Origin: Bradymonadia bacterium
Lineage (GTDB): Bacteria; Myxococcota_A; Bradymonadia; UBA7976; UBA1532
Assembly: GCA_046290225.1 (NCBI GenBank)
Contig: JBKAGE010000036.1
Coordinates: 32,001-96,000, forward strand
DNA: 64,000 nt
Direction of reading: 5' to 3'
The notes below the pieces were generated by a model, which saw nothing but the letters and a program-made list of their open reading frames with translations, was not told where the DNA came from and did not search any database. The translations under genes and the position numbers were made by a program. Below are positions 37,470-46,400 of the stretch, piece after piece (position 1 is the first letter of the stretch; each line of letters opens with the position of its first letter).

Positions 37470-40400
37470 ATGTTCAATCTGAACTCAGGGTCGAGCGGGC
37501 GCGCCTGGCGAGTCGCGCTGATGCTCGTGGGCGGCTTTGCCGCGAGCGCCCCAATGACGGTCTCTGCCGAACACCAGTGTGTGGTGCAGGTAGATGGCAC
37601 TGTGAAGTGTTGGGGTCTAAACAACTATGGTCAGCTCGGCCAGGGTGATTCGCACAATCGGGGCACGGAGAGCCCCGAGATGTACGACGCCCTGCTCGAC
37701 ATCAACCTGGGGACAGGACGCACCAGTACACAACTGGAAGCCAACCTCAACAGCACCTGTGCGATCCTCGACGACGGCGGGGTGAAGTGCTGGGGTTACA
37801 ATGGCTACGGTCAGCTCGGTCACGGCAACACCACCCAGCGCGGTGACGGCAGCAACGAGACCGGTGACAACCTGCCCTATACCGACCTCGGGACCGACGG
37901 TCAGGGCAACGATCTCGATGCCACAGATCTCGCAATGGGTGATCGGCACGTCTGTGCGGTGCTGAACAATGGTGGGGTCAAATGCTGGGGCAACAACGGC
38001 AGTGGCCGCCTTGGTCAGGGGAACACGACTCAACGGGGCGACGGTGCCAACGAGATGGGCGACAACCTCGCCTACACCGCTCTGGGTACCGGCTACACAG
38101 CAACTCAGATCGACGCCTTCACCACTCACACCTGCGCCGTGCTCAACACAGGCGAGCTCAAATGCTGGGGCTACAACAACTACGGCCAGCTCGGTCAGGG
38201 TGACACCAGCGCCCGAGGCACTCAACAGCCCGAGATGTTCGGCGCCCTTGGCGACATCAACCTCGGCACAGGCCGCACTGCCACCCACGTGGCTCAGGGT
38301 AATACCCACGCCTGCGCCATCCTGGATGATGGCACCTTGAAGTGCTGGGGTTACAATGGTTACGGCCAGCTCGGCCAGAACAACACCACTCAGCTCGGCG
38401 ATGGCGCCAACGAGACCGGTGACAACCTGCCCACCGTCGATCTCGGCACCGGCCGCTCAGCGACTCAGGTCACGCTCGCCGATCGTCACTCCTGCGCGAT
38501 CCTCGACGACGGCAGCGTAAAATGCTGGGGCTACAACGGCCACGGACAGTTGGGTCAGGGGAACACCACCCAACGCGGTGATGGCGCCAACGAGATGGGC
38601 GACAACCTCACCACCGTCGATCTCGGCACGGGCCGCACTGCGGCACAGATCGACGCCAACTACTATCACACCTGCGCTCTGCTCGATGACGGCACGGTGA
38701 AGTGTTGGGGCTACAACAGCAACGGTCAGCTTGGCCAGGGCGACACACGCAACCGCGGCACTCAAGCCCCTGAGATGAACAGCGCACTCGGCGACATCGA
38801 CCTCGGGAGCGGCACCTCGGTGGTCTCCCTCGAGGCGGGCGCCAACTACAGCTGCGCGATTCTCGACGACAACTCTCTGAAGTGCTGGGGGTACAACGGC
38901 TACGGCAACCTCGGCCAGGGCAACACCACTCAGCGCGGCGACGGCGCCAACGAGATGGGCGACAACCTCGCCGTCACTGATCTCGGTACTGGCCGCACTG
39001 CCACTGACGTCGGTGCAGGCCTCTACCACGCCTGCGCTCGCCTCGATGACGGCAGTGTGAAGTGCTGGGGTTACAACAACTATGGCCAGCTGGGTCAGGG
39101 GAACACCACCCAACGGGGCGACGGCGCCAACGAGATGGGTGACAACCTCGTCGCTGTCGATCTTGGCACCGGCCGTACCGCCACCGCCGTCGATGCATTC
39201 TCCAGCACCAGCTGTGCAGTCCTCGATGATGGCAGCGTAAAATGCTGGGGTTACAACGGTTACGGCCAGCTCGGCCAGGAGGACACCCTCAGCCGCGGCA
39301 ACCAGCAGCCTGAGATGTATGACGCCCTGCTCGACGTCGACCTCGGTACCGGCCGCACAGTGAGCAAGGTCGAGGGGGGTGAAGCCTTCAGCTGTGCAGT
39401 CCTCGACGACGGCAGTGTGAAGTGCTGGGGTTACAACGGTTACGGCAACCTCGGTCAGGGCAACACCACTCAGCGTGGCGACGGTGCCAACGAGATGGGC
39501 GACAACCTCGCCGTCACTGATCTCGGCACTGGCCGCACCGCCACTGACGTCGGCCTCGGCCGCTATCACGCCTGTGCCCTGCTCGACGATGGCAGCGTGA
39601 AATGCTGGGGTTACAATGGCTACGGCCAGCTGGGCCAGGGCAACACCACCCAACGGGGCGACGGCGCCAACGAGATGGGCGACAACCTCGTCGCTGTCGA
39701 TCTTGGCACCGGCCGCACCGCCACCGCCGTCGACGCCATGGGCGACTTCAGCTGCGCCCTGCTCGATGATGGCAGTGTGAAGTGCTGGGGTTACAACGGC
39801 TACGGCAACCTCGGTCAGGAAGACACGCTCTCTCGCGGCACCCAGCAGCCAGAGATGTACGGTGCCCTCGACGATGTGAACCTGGGGACTGGCCGAACGG
39901 TCCAGCACGCGGCGGTGGGCAACCGCCACAACTGTGTGATCCTCGATGACGACACGGTGAAGTGCTGGGGCTACAACGGCTACGGCAACCTCGGTCAGGG
40001 CAACACCAGCGCCCGTGGCGACAGCGCCACCGAGATGGGCGACAACCTCGCTGTCACCGATCTCGGCACTGGCCGCACGGCGCAGCAGCTCGCTGCCGGT
40101 GAAGATCACGCCTGTGCCCTGCTCGACGACAACTCGATCAAGTGCTGGGGCCGCAACAACTATGGCCAGCTGGGTCAGGGGAACACCACCCAACGGGGCG
40201 ACGGCGCCAACGAGATGGGCGACAACCTCGCCGCCGTCGATCTTGGCGTGGGGCGTACCGCTACGGCCATCGACGCCCGAGGTGGCCAGACCTGCGCCAT
40301 CCTCGACACCGGTGACATGAAGTGCTGGGGCTACAATGGATACGGCCAGCTCGGCCAGGGCGATACCAACGCCCGTGGCAACACCCTCCCGGAGCGGTTC

Positions 40401-43400
40401 GGCTTCATCGACGATGTAGACGTGGGCACTGGTCGTACCCTGCAGCAGGTTGAGACCTCCGGGCAGCACATCTGCGCTCTGCTCGACGACGGCCAGGTGA
40501 AGTGCTGGGGCTACAACGCCCAAGGGCAGCTCGGGTTGAACACCACGGGCAACCGCGGCGACTCAGTGAGCGAGCTGGGCGACAACCTCGCCTACGCCAT
40601 CCTGGGCAACGATCCTCAGGGCAGCCCCTGGACTGCCACGGACATCGGCGCCGGTTACCGTCACAGTTGTGCATTGCTGAGCAATGGCGAGGTGAAGTGC
40701 TGGGGCCACAACAACTACGGCCAGCTCGGCATCGGCAACACCACCCAGACGGGGGACAACGCCAACGAGATGGGCGACAACCTCGCCACCGTCGATCTCG
40801 GCACCGGCCGCACCGCCACCGACATCGACGTGCGCTTCTCCACCACCTGCGCCACCCTCGACACCGGTGACATGAAGTGCTGGGGCTACAACGGATACGG
40901 CCAGCTCGGCCAGGGCGACACCAACAGTCGCGGCACTCAGCCCGAGGAGATGTTCGACAGCCTCGAAGACATCAACGTGGGCACGGGTCGCACCTTCGAC
41001 TGGATCGAGACCGGTGGCTACTTCACCTGTGGCCTGCTCGACAATGATCTCCTGAAGTGCTGGGGCCGCAACAACCGTGGCCAGCTCGCTCAGGGCAACA
41101 GCACCACCCGCGGCGACGGCACCAACGAGATGGGTGACAACCTCGCTTATGCCAGCCTGGGCACCGGCCGCACGGTGCAGAGCGTCGGCACCGGCCTGCA
41201 GCACGCCTGCGCGCTGCTGGACAATGGTCAGGTGAAGTGCTGGGGCTACAACGGCCATGGCAACCTCGGCCTCGGCAACACCACATACATCGGAGACGCC
41301 GTCAGCGAGATCGGCGACAACATGCAGGCCGTGGACCTGGGCACCGGCCGCACGGCCACCCAACTCTGGGTGGGGCCGTACCACAGCTGTGCTCGACTCA
41401 ATACGGGGGAGACCAAGTGCTGGGGGCTGAACAACTATGGTCAGCTCGGCTACGGAGACACTGCCTACCGTGGTGACGGCGGCAACGAGATGGGCGACAA
41501 CCTGCCGGCGGTGGACGTCGGCACGGGCCGCACCATCGTCGAAATGGCCCTGGGCCAGCAGCACAGCTGCGCACGCCTCGACAACGGCACGGTGAAGTGC
41601 TGGGGCCGCAACAACTTCGGCAACCTCGGCCAGGGCAACACCACCACCCGCGGCGATGGCGCCAACGAGATGGGCGACAACCTCGCCATCACCAACCTCG
41701 GCACCGGGCGCACCGCCACCCACATCGAGGCGGGCTACTATCACACCTGCGCCATTCTGGATAACGGCGACACCAAGTGCTGGGGCTACAACAACCAGGG
41801 GCAGCTCGGCTACGGCAACACCACCAGTCTGGGCACGAACGCTGGCCACATGGGCGACGGCCTCGCCGCCGTCGATCTTGGCACTGGCCTCACTGCGGTC
41901 AGCCTCGGCGCCTTCGGCAGCCACACCTGCGCGGTGCTCAGCGACGCCACGGTGAAGTGCTGGGGTGAGAACAACAATGGCGAGCTCGGCATCGGCACCA
42001 CCGACAACCGCGGTGATGCCGCCAACGAGATGGGTGACAACCTGCCCCGCGCCCGCATCCCCGCCGATACGGCCGTGGTGCAGGTCTCCGGTGGGTACAA
42101 CCAGACCTGCGCCCGCTACGCCGACGGCACGGGCAAGTGCTGGGGCTACAACGGCTACGGCCTCCTCGGCTACGAAGACACCGTTCAGCGCGGCGACATC
42201 TCATATGCCGTGGGCGACGAGCTGCCCTCGATCGACCTGGGCACAGGTCGCACGGTGGCGCAGAGCAGCGTGGGCTATCACCACGTGTGTGCGCTCCTCG
42301 ACGACAACTCCATCAAGTGTTGGGGTCGAAACGATCTCGGGCAGCTGGGTCAAGGGAACAACACCCAACGCGGTGACGGCGCCAACGAGATGGGCGACAA
42401 CCTCGCCGCCGTCGATCTCGGCACCGACAACGGCACCCCCTTCGTGGTGACCAAGCTCGTCTCGGGCCACTATCACAACTGTGCACTCTTCAACGACGGC
42501 CGCGCCAAGTGCTGGGGCTACAACAACAGCGGCCAGCTCGGCATCGAGAGCACCAGCACCCGCGGCACCAGCGCCACCCACATGGGCGACAACCTCGCCT
42601 TCGTGAACGTGGGCGCCGGCCGCACCATCACGGACATCGACGCCGGCGGCAACCACACCTGCGCCACCCTCGACGACAACACCGTCAAGTGCTGGGGTGA
42701 GAACAACAACGGCGAGCTCAACCTCGGCAGCAGCGACAACCGAGGCGATGGCGCCAATGAGATGGGCGACAACCTGCTCACCGCCGACATCATCTACGAC
42801 CGGCCGCTTGCCGGTGTCATCGCCGGCGAGAACCACAGCTGCGCCATCTTCAACGACGGCAACATGCAGTGCTGGGGCTACAACGGCCATGGCCAGCTGC
42901 TCCGGGGCGACACCACCCAGATCGGTGATCTGGGCTACGCCATCGCCGACGATCTGCGCCCCATCCTCCTGGGCACTGGCCGCACCGTCTCTGCTGTGTC
43001 GATGGGCACGCATCACACCTGCGCGCTGCTCGACGACAACACCGTCAAGTGCTGGGGCCGTAACGATCTCGGCCAGCTGGGTCAGGGCAACAACACTCAG
43101 CGGGGCGACGGCATCAACGAGATGGGTGACAACCTCGCCGCCGTCGATCTCGGCACTGACGGCGGTGTCCCCTTCGTCATCAGCCAGCTCGTCTCTGGCG
43201 ATCATCACAACTGCGTGCGGTTCAACGACGGCCGGGTGAAGTGCTGGGGCTACAACGTCTACGGTCAGCTCGGCATCGAGAACAACAGCAACCGCGGCAC
43301 CAGCGCCACCCACATGGGCGACAACCTCGCCTTCGTCGATCTCGGCACCGGCCGTACCGCCACCCACATCGAGGCGGGACACAACCACACCTGCGCCACC

Positions 43401-46400
43401 CTCGATGACAACTCGGTGAAGTGTTGGGGTTACAACAACGGTGGCCAGCTCGGCCTCGGTGATACAGCCAACCGCGGCGACAACGCCGACGAGATGGGGG
43501 ATGATCTCGCACCTGCGAAGATCCTCTCCATTGGTCGGGCGCCGGCGTACACCTTCTCGGGTGCCACCCACACCTGCGTGGCCTACGACGACGGCAACGT
43601 AAAGTGCTGGGGCAGCAACGGCAGCGGTCGCCTCGGTTATGGCGACTCGTTGAGCCGCGGTGACGCCACTGGTGGTGCCGGTGACGATCTCGACGGCATC
43701 GCCCTGGGCACTGGCCGCACCGCGGTCCAGCTCTCTGTGGGCTATCACCACGTGTGTGCACTGCTCGACGACAACAGCGTCAAGTGCTGGGGCCGAAACG
43801 ATCTCGGCCAGCTGGGTCAGGGCAGCAACACTCAGCGGGGCGACGGCATCAACGAGATGGGCGACAACCTCGCCGCCGTCGATCTCGGCACTGACGGCGG
43901 CAACCCCCTCGTGGTGAGCCAGCTGATCTCCGGTGCCCACCACAACTGCGTGCGGTTCAATGACGGCCGGGTGAAGTGCTGGGGTTATAACGTCTACGGT
44001 CAGCTCGGCATCGAGAACAACAGCAACCGCGGCACCAGCGCCACCCACATGGGCGACAACCTCGCCTTCGTCGATCTCGGCACCGGCCGCACCGCCACCC
44101 ACATCGAGGCGGGCTACCATCACACCTGCGCCACCCTCGACGACGAGACGGTGAAGTGCTGGGGCTACAACAACGGCGGCCAGCTCGGTCGCGGTGACAC
44201 CCACAACCGCGGCGACAACGCCAGCGAGATGGGTGACGATCTCGAGACGGTGAAGCTGTTCTTCCACCGGCCTCCGGTGGCCACCGCTGGCGGCAACACC
44301 CACAGCTGCATGGTGTTCAATGACGGCAACATCAAGTGTTGGGGCAGCAACAGCAACGGCCGCCTCGGCTACGGTGACACCCTCAGCCGCGGCGACAACA
44401 CCGGTGGGCTCAGTGATGATCTCGAGCCCATCGATCTCGGCACTGGGATCACGGCCACCGACGTCGCCGTGGGCTACTACCACGCATGTGCCTTGCTCGC
44501 CGACAACCAGGTGAAGTGCTGGGGCTACAACGCATATGGCCAGCTCGGCTTTGGCGGTACAGCCCAGACCGGCGACAGCCTCAACGAGATGGGCGACAAC
44601 CTCGGCCATGCCCTCCTCGGCACCGACAACGGCAACCCGTTGCAGGTGTCACAGCTCGTCTCCGGCAACCACCACATGTGTGCTCTCTTCGGCGGCACAG
44701 CCGCTGGCCAGGTGAAGTGCTGGGGCTACAACGGCCATGGTCAGCTCGGTTACGGCAACACCAACCACCGCGGTGATGGTGGCGTCGGCGAGCTCGGCGA
44801 CAACCTGCCCTTCGTCGATCTCGGTACGGGGCGCTCGGCCACCTTCCTCACCGCTGGGGCCAACCACACCTGCGCAGTGCTCGACAATGCGCGGGTGAAG
44901 TGCTGGGGCTACAACGGCAACGGCCAGCTCGGCCTGCTCGACACGGTGAGCCGCGGTGACGGCGCCGACGAGATGGGCGACAACCTCGAGTACGCCAAGA
45001 TCCCCACCAGCCGCCCAGTGGTGGCCCTGAGCGCCGGCGACAACCACACCTGCGCCATCTACGACAATGGCACCTCGAAGTGCTGGGGCAGCAACAGCAA
45101 CGGCCGTCTCGGCTATGGCGACACGCTCAGCCGGGGTGACAACAGCGGCGGTCTCGGCGACGATCTCGATCCTGTGGCCCTGGGCACCAACGCCCAAGGC
45201 GATCCCCTGCTCGCGACTCAGGTGGCGGCGGGCTACACCCACAGCTGCGCCCTGCTCGACAACGGCCGGGTGAAGTGCTGGGGCTACAACGGTTATGGCA
45301 ACCTCGGCACCGGCAACACCACTCAGTACGGCGACAGCGCCAACGAGATGGGCGACAACCTGCCCTTCGTGGACCTCGGCACCGACAACCAGGGGGACCC
45401 ACTGCTCGCCACCAAGGTCACTGCTGGCACCTACTTCAGCTGCGCGCTGCTGGAGAACAACACGGCGAAGTGCTGGGGCTATAACGGCCACGGTCAGATG
45501 GCCCAAGGCGACACCAACCACCGCGGTGATGCCGGTGCCTCGGAGCTCGGCGACAACCTGCCGGCCATCAACTTCGGCACCGGTCTCTATCCCGTGGACA
45601 TCGAGGCGTACTACTACCACGCCTGCGCCACCCTCAACGACGACACGGTGAAGTGCTGGGGCTACAACGCCCATGGCCAGCTCGGTCTGCTCGAGACCAA
45701 CAGCCGGGGTGACATCGTGCAGGAGATTGGCGACGGCATGGAGCGGCCGAAGATCATCTTCGATCGCGACGTGGTTCAAGTCATCCCAGGCTATCTGAGC
45801 ACCTGTGTGCGATTCGACGACGGCAACGTGAAGTGCTGGGGCAACAACGGCAACGGCCAGCTGCTCCAGGGCGACACGCTCAGCCGGGGCGACAACAGCG
45901 GCGGCCTCGGCGACGATCTCGAGCCTATCGATCTCGGCTTCAACAGCCAGGGGCAGCGACACACAGTCTCTCAGGTGACCACCGGCTACCTGTTCACCTG
46001 TGCGCTGCTCGACGATGGCAACGTGAAGTGCTGGGGTTACAACGGCAACGGCCAGCTCGGCCTCGGTCACACCAGCACCCGCGGCAACAGCCAGAACCAG
46101 ATGGGCGACAACCTGCCCTATGTCGACCTCGGCACCGGGCGCACCGCCACCCGCATCGAGGCGGGCTACTATCACGTGTGTGCCCAGCTCGATAACGACG
46201 AGGTGAAGTGTTGGGGCCACAACAGCAGCGGCCGCCTCGGCCAGGGGAACACCACCCAGCGGGGTGACGGCGCCAACGAGATGGGCGACAACCTCGCCGC
46301 AGTGTCGTACGGCGACGGACTCCAGTCGAAGGCTGTGCGCATCGGCTCCTACCACGGCTGCAGCATCGTCGAAGACAACGAGGGCACCACCACTGGGGTG

